A stretch of DNA of 64,000 nt, taken from Centroscyllium fabricii (Eukaryota). The first letter of the stretch is position 1, and every line of letters starts with the position of its first letter. The notes under the pieces are model-generated. The model worked only from the letters and a program-made list of their open reading frames with translations. It was not told the DNA's origin and searched no databases. Shown here piece after piece: positions 36,848 through 48,573 of this stretch. A program made the position numbers and the translations under genes. The stretch covers positions 139,438,001 to 139,502,000 of the forward strand of contig JBNRSN020000003.1 of the NCBI GenBank assembly GCA_051313645.2. Reading direction: 5' to 3'.

Positions 36848-38729
36848 GGTATTGACGATACATCACCTCACAATTTAATTTTTTTATTCCCCAGGAAGTC
36901 GACTTCGGGGACAGCCCTTCCACCGTGGCTCACGATGCCGGGGCCGGTCTTGCTTAGGAAGCACGTCCGCGGCCATAAGACCGACCCCCTGGTAGACAAG
37001 ATGCAACTGCTGCACGCCAACCCGCAGTACGCGTACGTACAGTTCCCGGACGGGCGCGAGGACACCGTCTCCATCAAGGACCTAGCGCCCGCCGGGAGCA
37101 CCACAGCAGAGCCCCTGGTCGGGCAGCAGCCTGCCCAGCCACTATATTTCGGCCACCTCCAGCCACTACATATCGACCACTGGCCGATACACGACCCACA
37201 ACCCACCGGAGGCTGGCCGCCACTTCCGCATGGTTCGGAGCCCCCGCCATTGCCAGCTGAGGACCAAGACTCGGATGACCAGCTGCAGGCACAGCAGCAA
37301 CCGCAGGGCTCGGACCCACCGCCACCACCAGCACCTACAGTACCGGCACCAGCGCCGCCGCCACCACCACCGGCTCCAGCGCCGCCGATGCTGCAGGAAC
37401 CAGAACATTTGACAGAGACCCGGCGGTCCTCCAGACAGACGCGACCGCCGGATAAGCTAATCATGAACTGCTCTGTCCATTCACCCCGCCGGACTTGATT
37501 TTCAAAGAAGGGGTGAATGTGGTAACCGTTATATATACTATTATTACCACCCTAATATTGTCACCAATATTATATGTATGTATAGCAGTCGGGTGCATGA
37601 TGCAACTGTCCTGTATTGCGACACTGTCGCGGGGCCAGGTCAGCCACACCTCTAACTCTTCCCCTCAGGTGAGTGCCTTATAGGTGGGGACTGACCGGCC
37701 CCCATTCATTCTGTACCTGATGTTCGATCGGAGCGTAGCTCCATTGTAAGCTAATAAAAGCCTTTAGTTAAGGTAACTACGCGTCTTTAGTTTTATTAGA
37801 CTATTGACGATACGTCAGCCCCCAACAGCACCTGACCCTCATGGAATGGCCAATGAGCCATGGTGCCAGCATGCCTCACATCTCAGAACTCCACCGTGAG
37901 GAGGTGGGTGCAGGCCCACCACAAAGTTTCTCGCACCGTCTGCCACATCTCCTGGCGCATTTTGGGATGCGCAGCCCTGAAGCACCTCCAGGACATCCTG
38001 AAGCACATCAACCCCAGCCGCATCAGCAATCTGGAGAGTGCTGCCATTATTGACCGATACATAATGGATCGCGGTACCGTTTGGCAGGATCACGGTGATG
38101 ATGTCAGGCGGTTGGTGAGGTTTCAGCCGCTGCAGAAGACCCACGAAGTCACTCCAAGCCCCACAGCAGAAGACGATGCTTGCTATGAATCTGTGGCGCA
38201 CTTGAAAAGGGAGGGGCACCACGTGAGAGTGGTAGACCCTGAGGGACAATAGAAATTAACTTGCAATCTCAAAACTGGAGTGGCTGAGGTTCTGCATTGC
38301 TGATAATAACTTTTTGAGCTTTGAAAGCTGCATGTATGTAGGTGTGATGGCTGGGACAACATTGATGCAGTGATTGATAAGTGCTGGTCCTCAATCGAAC
38401 AACCATTAATGTGGCCATGGTTGTTTAATGTCGTCATTAACTGCATGTTACAGTTGCAACCTTTATTGTTTCTGGGTTCATTATTGCATGTGATAGATGG
38501 ATGGGACCATGAACATAACTGAAGTGTCTGGTGCGTCAGGGGCCTGGGTGCATGCGCGAGCGCTGAAGGCAGTCAGAGGTAATTGGCAGCCCCACAAGCC
38601 CACCCCCCACACACAGATGTTGTTGCAGTAGTGGGGCTCATGCAGGCATGAGCTATGGAACTGATTGGAGTGTGGCAGTGAGGATGCGCTGTTAGGATGG
38701 TGAGAGTAGCAGAAGCGGCCTTGAGAAGG

Positions 38730-40026
38730 CTAAGCAAATCTTGCAAGGATGAGCTCATTCCTTGCTTGCCGGGCAGCAATGTTCTCGCCTAATGCTGGCA
38801 GTGGCTGGTGTCGAGCTGCAGAAACCCCGTCCTCTTCCTCCTCCTCTTCCTCCTCCTCCTCTTCCTCTTCTTCCTCCTGTTCCTCCTCCTCCTCATCATC
38901 ATCTGAGGACGGTATGCGAGGAGCCAGGTCTTGGTCAGGAATTTGCAAGCCACGACGCTGGGCCATGTTGTGAAGTTGACAGCAAACCACTGCCATTCTG
39001 GAGACCCTGGCTGGGGAGTATTGCAGGGCTCCACCCGATCTGTCCAAGCATCTGAAACGCATCTTGAGCAAGCCAATGGTGTGCTCTATAATGCTTCTGG
39101 TGGAGATGTGTGTGGAGTTGTAGTTCTCCTCAGCCTCATTGGCTGGCCTCCTGACCGGCGTCATGAGCCAAGTCCTGAGGGGATAGCCCTTGTCTCCAAG
39201 TAACCATCCCGGAAGTTCGTCCGGCGGAGTGAAGAGCGTAGGCAAGGTTGATTGGCGCAGGACAAAGGAGTCATGACAGCTGCCAGGGTGCCTGGCACAC
39301 ACATGCAAAATCTCCTTGTTGTGGTCAACACCAGTTGCCCATTGAACGAATGGAAGCCCTTGCGGTTGACAAAAGCAACTGGGTTGTTGGTGGTGCCCTA
39401 AGGGCCACATGTGTGCAGTCAATGACGCCCTGCACCCTTGGGAAGCCTGCCAGACGAGCTATTCCAATCACTCGGGCCCTCACACCTGCGCGATCCCTGG
39501 TGAAATGGATGAAATTGTGGGCGAGGGCAAAGAGGGCATCGGTTACCTAGGTGATGCAGGAGTGTGCGGCCGACTGGGAGATTCCGCTGTAGTCGGCCGC
39601 TAATCCCTGGAATGAGCCAGAGGCAAAGAAGTTGAGTGCGGTGGTGACTTTGAGGGCCACTGGTAAGGCATGTCTACCTTGTGTCCTGGGCTCCAGCTGG
39701 TGCTGCAGCATGGCGCAGATGTCTGTGACTGCCTCTCGGGAAAGTCGGAGCCGTATTTAGCAATGCCGTTCGCTCATGTTGAGGTAGGTGGCTCTGACTC
39801 TGTAGACCCTGTTTGGGGGTATCTTCTACGGCGACGGCCTTTCAATGCACGGATGCCTTCTGGCCCGTCCTGCCTCCGGAGGGTCTGCAGGAGCATCAGG
39901 CTCCTGGTGTGGCTGCCGCTGGTGAGGTAGCTCCTGGTGTGGCTGCTGTTGTTGCTGCTGTAGGCGCAACTGCTCCTGCTGGAGATCCTGTAATCCCAAG
40001 AAGGGAAGGAAGAAAATGGCTCCCAT
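38730..40026 (-). pseudogene. Harbinger DDE transposase (HARBI1-like family), disrupted
   Basis: GVIDCTHV, PGSCHDSF, LLGDKGYPL, STRSIIEHTIGLLKMRFRCLD, LHN; in-frame stops and a frameshift; Gln-rich N-terminus and poly-Glu C-terminus. Confidence 0.93.
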
Positions 40027-40524
40027 GGCTGTGCTGCCAGCGGCGGCTGAGGAAGCACTGGCTGAGGGGGGGAAGTGAGAGGGCTTTCCCAGGTCACACT
40101 GCAGAAGTGTTTGAGGATGCAACCTTCCACAGGTGTGCTGAAGCCTGTGCAAGTATCCCCAGGACTGAGACAACAATGTGGTTACGAATGCCAATGATGG
40201 CTGATTAAATGTGAGCCTTCAATGAGGGACTGGCCACAGATACTCACCTGACGGGGTTTAGGGTGGTGGCGTTTGTGCGCGAAACAGCTGAAAATTGCTA
40301 AGGGCCCTTAAAAAGGCATTAAAGATGGCAATTAAGGGCCCTTAACGACCTTAACAACCATCCCCGCCAGGCGCCGGCGGGAAAGATTCGAGGCGGGGAA
40401 AAAGGCCGCCCAAAAATTCAAAACTGGCGGAGAATGCGCGGGCTTGGGCGGGAGCCAATATTTTCCTATTTTCACCTCACGGCCACCCAAAACCCCGCCT
40501 GACGGGGACATCAAAATTCCCCCC

Positions 40525-40930
40525 AACGTTTCAGGTTGATGACCTTTCGTCAGAACTGGAAAAAAGCAGGAAATGGAACAGATTTTTAAGCAAGTGAAGA
40601 GGCTGGGAAAGGGGGAGGGGATGAAAGAACAAAAGGGAAGGTCTGTGATAGGATGAATGGTGGAAGAGGTTAAGAGACATTGAGAGATATTCATGGCAAA
40701 TCCTATCACAGACCTTCTCTTTTGTTCTTTCATCCCCTCCCCCTTTCCCAGCCTCTTCATTTGCTTAAAAATCTGTTCCATTTCCTGCTTTTTTCCAGTT
40801 CTGACAAAAGGTCATTGACCTGAAACGTTAACTCTGTTGCTCTCTTCACAGATGCTGCCTGACCTGCTGAGTTTCTCCAGCATTTTCTGTTTTTATTTCA
40901 GATTTCCAACATCTGCAGTATTTTCTTTTT
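40525..40930. mobile_element. Penelope-type inverted terminal repeat with hammerhead-like motifs in both arms
   Basis: 40525-40654 is the reverse complement of about 40700-40829, with a spacer of about 45 nt; CTGAC(G/A)A..AGGTC..(G/A)ACCT-GAAACGTT. Confidence 0.78.
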
Positions 40931-41799
40931 GTACTTGTTTCTGGGAAGTTTGCAATGTCTTCTGGCAGTGCCTTTCTTTGCTCAACTAAACATGCAGCAA
41001 AGCAGAACTTCGGCTTGCCAGTCTATCCTCAAAGTGATTGCCAGAGACTAGAGGGGTGGGGTGAGGGTAAAATCTAACTTCGGGAGAGGGGCACACAGGA
41101 AGTAGCAGATCGCTGTCCGTTATACACCTCACCAGATTTTCCTTTGCATTGACTTCAATGGAAGATATATTAGAGCAAGGTGCTCATACTAGCACTGGTG
41201 TCACCAGGCCACCCACTACACAGAGCTAGTGAGATTTCAGAGTAGGTCCTTGAAATTGGGTTTTGTTTCTCCCATTTTCTTCCCATAAAGTAAACACAAT
41301 GAGGGCCAATTTCGACCTCAATATTTTTGCCCAGTGCTATGAAACTATGAGCTGAAATTGGATTGTACAGTCTGAGCCTGGGCAGTGTACCTGATTTCCC
41401 AGGATGTATCAGTACAATTTGGTCAGCTATAATGAGGAATATTTTTCTTCAACTTTTGCAGTTTCTGATCAAAAGTTTTTCAAATTTATTTGATGAAAAC
41501 TAGAAGACAAATTTCTAAAGTTTACTGAGGTAAAATTCATATTGAGTGTTTTTATAAACAGTGCGATCATGTGCATGGCCTAGAAAGTTGATTGCACCTG
41601 AAGATGGACAGCAGAGGGCAGGGCATGGTGCATAGACCTGTCGCATGGTTGTAGGGACCATGAAAAATTGGTGCTGGCTGCTCATTGTAATGAGAAACAT
41701 GTACCCTGTTTGGGTTGGGGTTGGGAAATCAGGAATCACTGACGACATCTAAAGGCAGCCTGTACCTCTTAAAGGGGAAATGCACTCCAGACATTTACA

Positions 41800-42350
41800 A
41801 CTGCACTTTGAACTTCCCAACTGCCTAACTTGTGGTCTTCCATTTGCCATGATACTTCTGCAGCTGTTGATTTGCTAAGCCACTCCCTCACCTCCATCTT
41901 TAATGTCCTCGTCCCTATCCTGGTAATTTCCCCTGATATGGGCACCAAGTGCAAGGGACACAAACTTGACCATATTTTGCACACAACATTCCAGATCTGG
42001 TTAGACCACGTCAAGAGCTATCAAGCTTCACTTCTCCTCTGTCAAAACTGTCCATTACACCAGCATCAATCTGGAGAGATAAAATAATCCTGGCTTAATT
42101 TCTGAGCTACCAACTATCTCCTTAAAACCCTCTCCCCTGCATTCACACTGCCAACAAGTACAAGAAGCTCATGGACTTCTTTCTCACTAAGATTGAGACC
42201 ATCCATTCAGCTACCTCTGCTGCTTCCTTACCCTCCTTCTCTTTACCCCTGCCAAGCCAAACCTCCCCCAGGCTCTCCCCACCATAGCCCCGAACCCAGA
42301 TATTTCTCTAGTTTCAATCCTGTCCCCATATGCCATCTTCAAGCTTATCC
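41800..42350 (+). mobile_element. Old L2-like LINE ORF2 fragment
   Basis: Degenerate HY...I.LE and MDFFLTKIETIHSA-type coding remnants; related to 47705-48357. Confidence 0.55.
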
Positions 42351-42351
42351 T

Positions 42352-42960
42352 GAGGCTTATCCCCATTTTGCCCCTGCAAGTGCAGGCTCCCCAACAGCTG
42401 CGAACCTCACCAGGGTCAGTGAGGCTAGTAGTGGGCCTGCGGGGGTGAGAGGGATCGAAAAGTGCACTGTGGAGGTGAGTGAGGGTGCAAATGTGGAGAA
42501 GTAAGTATGAGAGGTGAGTGTAAAGTGTTAGAAAAAGTTTACTTACCTTTACTTCTTCCTGCAGGCTTCAACCCTTGGGAATCCAAAGGTGCTTCATCTC
42601 AATGGCAGAGATGACAGATCGGCTGCTGCATTCTCAGATGCAGTAGCCACATGATTTCTGCTGAGGAAAGAGGTTTTGGTGAGTCTTTGTGCAAGGATTC
42701 ACCATAGAACAGAGATTGTCAGTGTTTGACAGTTTCTCTAAGCTGTCAAACACTAACAGTTCATCTGTCAAAAATTTTCGACAGATGAAACATCATATGC
42801 TGACGTCCTCTGTCACTGACTTTTTCTTAATTGGCCGGCTAAGCCCGCAGGGCCGCCTTAACAAGGTCAATCAAGGGAAAAGGGCGTGGGTTGGCCAGAC
42901 GTCATTGGGGGTGGGACTAAAATCCGACAACCAGCAGTCCCACCCCCAATGCGCCCCTAT
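42352..42960. mobile_element. Non-autonomous DNA element (MITE), related in inverted orientation to 45920-46760
   Basis: AGGCTTATCCCCATTTTGCCC.. matches the reverse complement of GGGCAAAATGAGGATAATCCT; shared AAGCTGTCAAACACT block. Confidence 0.55.
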
Positions 42961-44230
42961 TAATAAAAAGTAGCTGTTTCGTGTTTCTCCATTTCAAGTG
43001 CCATGATGAACTTGATCCTGTTATGGATAAGTGTTCACACACAGTTAGCCTGTTAACTAGATCTGGCTCATTGCTCATTACTACATAGTATTAAAATCAA
43101 GTCCTAGATCTAAGCCGTGATTGGCACAGACTGTATATAAATAAATATATATATATATATATATAAATAAAGGAGTAGGCTTTATTTTCTACCAATAAAA
43201 AGCTGAAAATTAGCCCACCATTGCATAATGCTACATTTTTTTAGAAGTGTAACTACTTTTTTGAACAATAAGGAAATTGCCTTAGGTTCATATTTCACAT
43301 CATATAAAAAGAGGATAGAACTGAATGATCGTGCTACTTGTTGACACAATAGATCAGCTGATGTTACTATGTCCCCAGTAGCAACTTAGAGTCACCCTGA
43401 GGCGTAAACGTTCAAGACCTTGACAGCCACCAGCAGTGCCTGCTCTGCGGTTGATTTTGCCTACAGGTCAGGTTGCAACATGCAGCATGCAACAGAGCTC
43501 TGCCACAACCATAACCCCCTCCCCATCACCTCCTTGGGGGAGGTCTGTGCAGACAGGATACTTCGGGCCAGTCCAGTTCAGTCTGCTTCTCCCTGTATAT
43601 GCAGTTTGGAGACTAACAGTAAATGCAGGCAGTTCCCCTCCGGTGCAGTCTCACTTGCCTGGCATTCTTCTGTTCCCTGCCCTCTTCTTTCTCTAAATAA
43701 CATAAAAAGAGAGGGATTTCCATAGGAACACCCATTATCACAATTTGTAAGTGACAAATACAAAATGGCTGTACCAAAGCCTGTTTCAGCCACTGAGTTG
43801 ACCAAAAAAAAAAGGCCACCAAAAAAACAGTGGAAAAAGACTTGAAAATAACAATCCAAAAGCATTCAATGAAGTTGCTGGCTGTCCATTTAAATTTGTT
43901 TCCATTCAATGGCACAGTCCAGCAACATTGATTGCTCAATTTCTATGGGTCAAATTATAAAGGAGTGTACTTCTGGTACCCCCAACAGGATATAGTGTGG
44001 TTGATGAAATAATGTCACATCTGGCCCATTATAATATTGAAAGGAAACTCCTGGCCTGTTGCTGCAGGAGCTTCCTATCAGATGCCTATCAGATATATAA
44101 ACAAGGCACATTATGGGTAATGATCCAATATAAATTATATCCACTTAAAATATGGTTGGTTATGCCCTGATTTCTGCTGTAACTGTGATGAAAATGGAGT
44201 CCTGATGAGAGTGAAGGAAAATGAGCAAAT

Positions 44231-44471
44231 TGTAGCGGACCGCCGGCTGGCGAATCCGCCTCGGGAGTACTGCGGGGCATAGCCCCGCCCACCGGGTGAC
44301 GCGATGACGTCACCACGTCTCTCGGCGTGATGAGGTCAGAGGCGAGCGGGCAGTTTAAAAGAGCCTGCTCCTCGTGGCTCAGTCTCTTTCTGATGTAGTA
44401 CTGTTCAATAAAGAAGTGTTAACTGTCTCTCTCCGGCTCCTGCGTGGTCCTTGGGTCCTGTAAGCACTACA
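44231..44471 (+). mobile_element. Solo LTR (241 bp), distantly similar to the LTR at 8546-8823
   Basis: TGTAG...CTACA; 4-bp TSD AAAT; TTTAAAA and AATAAA motifs. Confidence 0.88.
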
Positions 44472-45040
44472 AAATAAAAAAATTAAGTGTCAAAAAACAA
44501 AATCATCACACGCAGATCAATACAGGAGTGATTACTGATATGACAAAAAATTGTGTACAATATAATCAATGCGTAAGCAACTGGAAACAACTTTTTTAGT
44601 TTTGGATACTGGAATTCATTGCCTGACAGATATTTTGAATAATATATTCTACAACTAATGGTTTTTTTTCCACACAGATTAATGAAATATTGCTGTCATA
44701 AATAATGTTGTACTCTTGAAAATACCAACAAAGAAATGACTAAATGGTAATCCCTTTCCATACTCCTCATGTCTCCCCAGCATACATCATTCTCTGGCTG
44801 AAAGAGTGAGCAAGTGGCTTTCTTCCAGACCTCTGTCAATACTGTTTGGTACTACAGTGAAGTATGTTCTAATGCCCAAAAGTGATTTGTTCACCATTTT
44901 TCTTTCTTTCCCTGTGATGAAGCAGCTAGCTCCATGTTGTACCTCCCCTGAGTGCACAAAGGAGACAAGGAACTTGTCGTGTGAAGAACCATGAGCATAC
45001 ATCTGTATCCTATAGCTTTATTTTTATATCCTTAATCATT

Positions 45041-45802
45041 GCCCAGAAATTGCAGTGGAGCCTTCATGCGGGTGCAGTACCTGCTTAACGCACTTTAATT
45101 GCCCATATTCAGTTTTTCTTTTTTGCACTCAGAAATTGCAGTTAGCCCAGCCTGTCAGAGCTCCATGCGAGTTTCATGGGCATCTGAAGGGCGTAATTAG
45201 TGCGAGGTGGCTTTTGAGACCACCTGATTGGCAGGGAGCCAATCAGTGGTGCAATTCTCCATTCAAAACTTCCACAGAGAAATCTGTGCGAGTTTTGAAA
45301 GGAGAGATTCCCAAAAGACATCTAAACACAAAAATAAAATTTTACAAACACCACATTTTTTAAACATTACCCCAACTAACACAAATAACCGATTTTAAAG
45401 AAAAAATAAAAATTTCCAGAAACAGTTTTCAACTTCCAACAGGTCAAAAAAAATACTTACCTGTCTTTAAAGTTATCAACAATTAAAAACCTGAAAAAAC
45501 AACAATTAAAATCAATAAAATACACACTTACCAGATAAAAACAAGTGCTTACGTCTCCTATTTTCCAGTGTTGAATTTTCTGCTCTTGGTCCGTAGAAAA
45601 ACGTAAAAAAAATATCAGAATGACTGGATAATCCCGTAGTTCGCTGCTTCCTGCGCTGGACCTCGCAGGAAGCAGCGACCCCCCCACTGGGCGGCACAGG
45701 AAAACCCGAAGCTGCACTACCGGCTGCTTCCTGCGGGTTTAAGCTCTGGTGCGCTCGCACCAGAGCTTAAACCCGATATGCGCAGACTGCAATTTCTGGG
45801 CC
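45041..45802. mobile_element. Harbinger-type MITE
   Basis: TIRs GCCCAGAAATTGCAGT / ACTGCAATTTCTGGGCC; TSD ATT. Confidence 0.85.
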
Positions 45803-45919
45803 ATTGTATTTTTCTGATTTTATGGGCAAATCAAGCTTTCCAAATTCCAATCACAAAACATTGACAAAAAAAGAATGATGCTTACAAGGTAGTAATTTAT
45901 ACCTATATATAAAAATGTT

Positions 45920-46760
45920 GGCCTCGGCTTTCTGACCCCCATCCTGCTGGTTTTCTGGTAGATCTGGAGCGGATGGGGCTAGAAGTGCACTTGGGTATGC
46001 CCTTCACTGCAAGCCCACTTCCACCCGCCCTTTTCCAGAGCGTAGCCCTCTTGGCAGTGTGCCTACTTATATGTGAGTCGACATATGCAAATCACATGAA
46101 AATTGGAGCAACATGGCCTCCTCTGTGTTTCCCACCATTTGCCTTGATGGAACATTGGACATAAGTACCACCTGTCAAGACCTGACACCAAGCGTTCTAA
46201 GGTCAGTTGAGTGGTCTCAGAGCCTAAATGCAAGCATCCTCACCTTGGGGTGGAGTATTCTGTCTTGGGCTGGGGCAGACTGTGGGCTGGAATTTGCCAA
46301 TGGGGACCTGCTTTTGGAGCAGGCCAATTAAAGGAAGGCCAGTTACAGAGAATGTCAACGTATGATGTTTTATCGGTCACAAATTTGTGAAGCTGTCAAA
46401 CACTGACATTCTTTGTAGTTTGATGAGTTCCTCATCAAACCGCTTTCTTTTGTAGAAATTAGATGGTTGTTGCATTGGAGAATGCAACGGCCATCTGTCA
46501 TCTCTACTGTGGAGGTGCGAGACTCTCTGCATACCCACAGATTGAAGCCTGCAGGAAGAAACAAAGGTAAGTAAACTTTTTCTAACACTTTCCACTTACC
46601 TCAGATACTCACCTCTCCCCACTTGCACCCATCACTCACCCCCACAGCACGCTTTGTACCCCTCCGACCCCCACAGACCCACTACTCGCCTCGGTGATCC
46701 TAACGGATTTTGGAGCCTTCGAGAAGCCCGCACGTGTGAGGGCAAAATGAGGATAATCCT
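45920..46760. mobile_element. MITE, family shared with 42352-42960
   Basis: Inverted homology to 42352-42960. Confidence 0.5.
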
Positions 46761-47704
46761 ATTTTCTGCCTGTTAACTACCTCTTAACAGGCAGTTAAGT
46801 GGATGTTATACCTTCCTGCCTCCAAGGAGACGGGACCCGGCGTGGGACGGCTACCCGCCTCCTGGCAAGATGGCACGGAGGCGGGTTGGGCACCCACCCG
46901 CAAATTCTGCCATTTTCCTGCCAGTTCTGCCTCCCCGGGGCTGGCAAAATCGCTCCCTCTGGTTCGGCTCCACTGCAAGAATTTTCTGTTCAATACTATG
47001 TTCATTACATAGTATAATGCTCCTATCCTTAGAATAGAGTAGGATTACACCGGGGGAGAATTGACTGATATAATTTTTTCATGTTTATTGTATTTTGTAT
47101 TATATTAGCATTGTCAACTGTAATTTAGAGTCTTTACTTATTGGTTCCAACATCCTACTCAGCATCATAATTTCCATGTCTGCCACATGTTCCCCATGGC
47201 TCCTTGTTCCCTCTTGTTGTTAACTTTAAGGTGAAAGCAAACATGAGGTGGTTTAGGTGTTGGTAGAAAGTATTTTTTCCATACATCTTTAACAAACACA
47301 ACTTTCTTTCCTATATATCCTCTGTTGGTACTTTACAGTAATATTCATGCTTTTTCATTTGTGTTTGTTTATAAATCATGCAATTTCTTTTGAATCATCT
47401 CAGGTTTTCCAAACCACTGACACTGTAGTTACTTTTTCAGTCACTTACTGCCATGTTTGTTGTCTCCTCTGCATATTTAGGGGCCATCATCCACTACCAA
47501 ACACATTAGTAAGACCAAGGTGTGTTTGTTAAAACAGGCTTTTTCTTTTGTTGAGCTGTTTAACCATCAAAACTGAGCACTGCACATCTAAACTAATGAA
47601 TTTCTCGATGCAAGGTTACAGTGTCAGTTTAGCTCAGTGGCAGCAATCTGACTTCTGAGTCAGAATGTTAGAGCGTCAAGCCCCTCTCCAGCCCGTGAGT
47701 ATAA

Positions 47705-48357
47705 TCTCCTTTAACCCCTCTCCCCTGCCCCCTCCACCCCCACCTCCAACAAGTGCGAAGAGCGCATGGACATTTGACACAAAGATTGAAACTATCCATT
47801 CGGGCGGCACGGTGGCATAGTGGTTAGCACTGTTGCCTCACAGCACTGGAGACCCGGGTTCAATTCCCGCCTCGGGTACTATCTGTGTGGAGTTTGCACA
47901 TTCTCCCCGTGTCAGCGTGGGTTTCCTCCGGGTGCTCCGGTTTCCTCCCACAGTCCAAAGATGTGCGGATTAGGTTGATTGGCCAGGATAAATTGACCCT
48001 TAGTGTTAGGGGGATTGAATATGTGGGGTTACGGGGTTAGGATGGGATATGTGTCAGGAAAGGCTCGAGAGGGATATGGGGGGAGGGCAGGGGCGGGGTA
48101 CTGGGTTTGGATGATCAGCCATGATCTCATTGAATGGCGGAGCAGGCTCGAAGGGCCGAATGGCCTACTCCTGCTCCTATCTTCTGTGTTTCTATGTTTC
48201 TATGTTTCAACCACCTCTGCTGCATTCCCCCCCTTACCCTAGGCCACCAAGCCAAGGGTCTAGCCCTGCATCTTCCTCGAATTTCTTTCCTGTCTCACCT
48301 TGTCTCCCTCTGAGCTCAGCTTGTCCATGAGAACCACCTCCGGCTCCCTTGACCCCA
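47705..48357 (+). mobile_element. L2-like fragment interrupted by an HE1-type SINE
   Basis: Matches 42120-42350 on both sides of the SINE. Confidence 0.55.
47802..48207 (+). mobile_element. HE1-type tRNA-derived SINE (V-SINE) with CR1-derived tail
   Basis: Box A GTGGCATAGTGG, box B GGTTCAATTCC, core GTGTGGAGTTTGCACATTCTCCCCGTG..GGGTTTCCTCCGG, tail GAATGGCCTACTCCTGCTCCTAT + (TTTCTATG)n. Confidence 0.92.
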
Positions 48358-48571
48358 GGTAGCGGAAATCTAGAACTCACTCGCCCAAAAAGCTATGGCT
48401 GCTATGTCAACTGAAAATTTCAAGACTGAGATCAATAGATATTTGTTAGGGTATCAAGGGATATGGATCAAAGGCAGGCAAATGCAATTGAGGTACAGAT
48501 CTGCCAAATCTGATAGAATGGTGATACAGGCTCCAGGGGTTGAATGGCCTGCTCCTCTTCCTATGTTCTTA
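48358..48571 (+). mobile_element. Old CR1 3'-end fragment
   Basis: Resembles the end of ORF2 and the tail GAATGGCCTGCTCCTCTTCCTATG. Confidence 0.7.
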
Positions 48572-48573
48572 TA

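Larger units (their letters stand above)
25195..36865 (+). mobile_element. Gypsy LTR retrotransposon B (relative of A) inserted in the integrase of A
   Basis: LTRs 25195-25484 and 35624-36865 (split by a solo LTR); TSD CCTCA. Confidence 0.96.
21395..37817 (+). mobile_element. Gypsy LTR retrotransposon A (Mag-like Gag with double zinc knuckle)
   Basis: 300-bp LTRs 21395-21694 and 37518-37817; TSD GCCCC; PPT AAAGAAGGGGTGAA. Confidence 0.96.
18631..40524. mobile_element. PIF/Harbinger DNA transposon (Myb/SANT gene + convergent transposase), expanded by nested LTR elements
   Basis: TIRs GGCCGGAATTTT / AAAATTCCCCCC; TSD AAC at 18628-18630 and 40525-40527; host repeat rejoins seamlessly. Confidence 0.92.

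Noticed and set aside
38730-40026. Domesticated HARBI1 gene (similarly PEG10/RTL1 for 1037-7212)
   Set aside because: Flanked by TIRs/TSD or LTRs, multiple related copies in the window, and disrupted frames.
44787-45002. Short ORFs in apparently unique sequence (also 10028-10101, 13021-13109, 58558-58723) as host exons
   Set aside because: No recognisable protein motif and weak or missing splice signals; cannot be supported without homology or RNA data.
47802-47875. tRNA gene (also 8853-8945, 47620-47700, 58480-58551)
   Set aside because: A/B boxes run directly into SINE body sequence; these are SINE heads.
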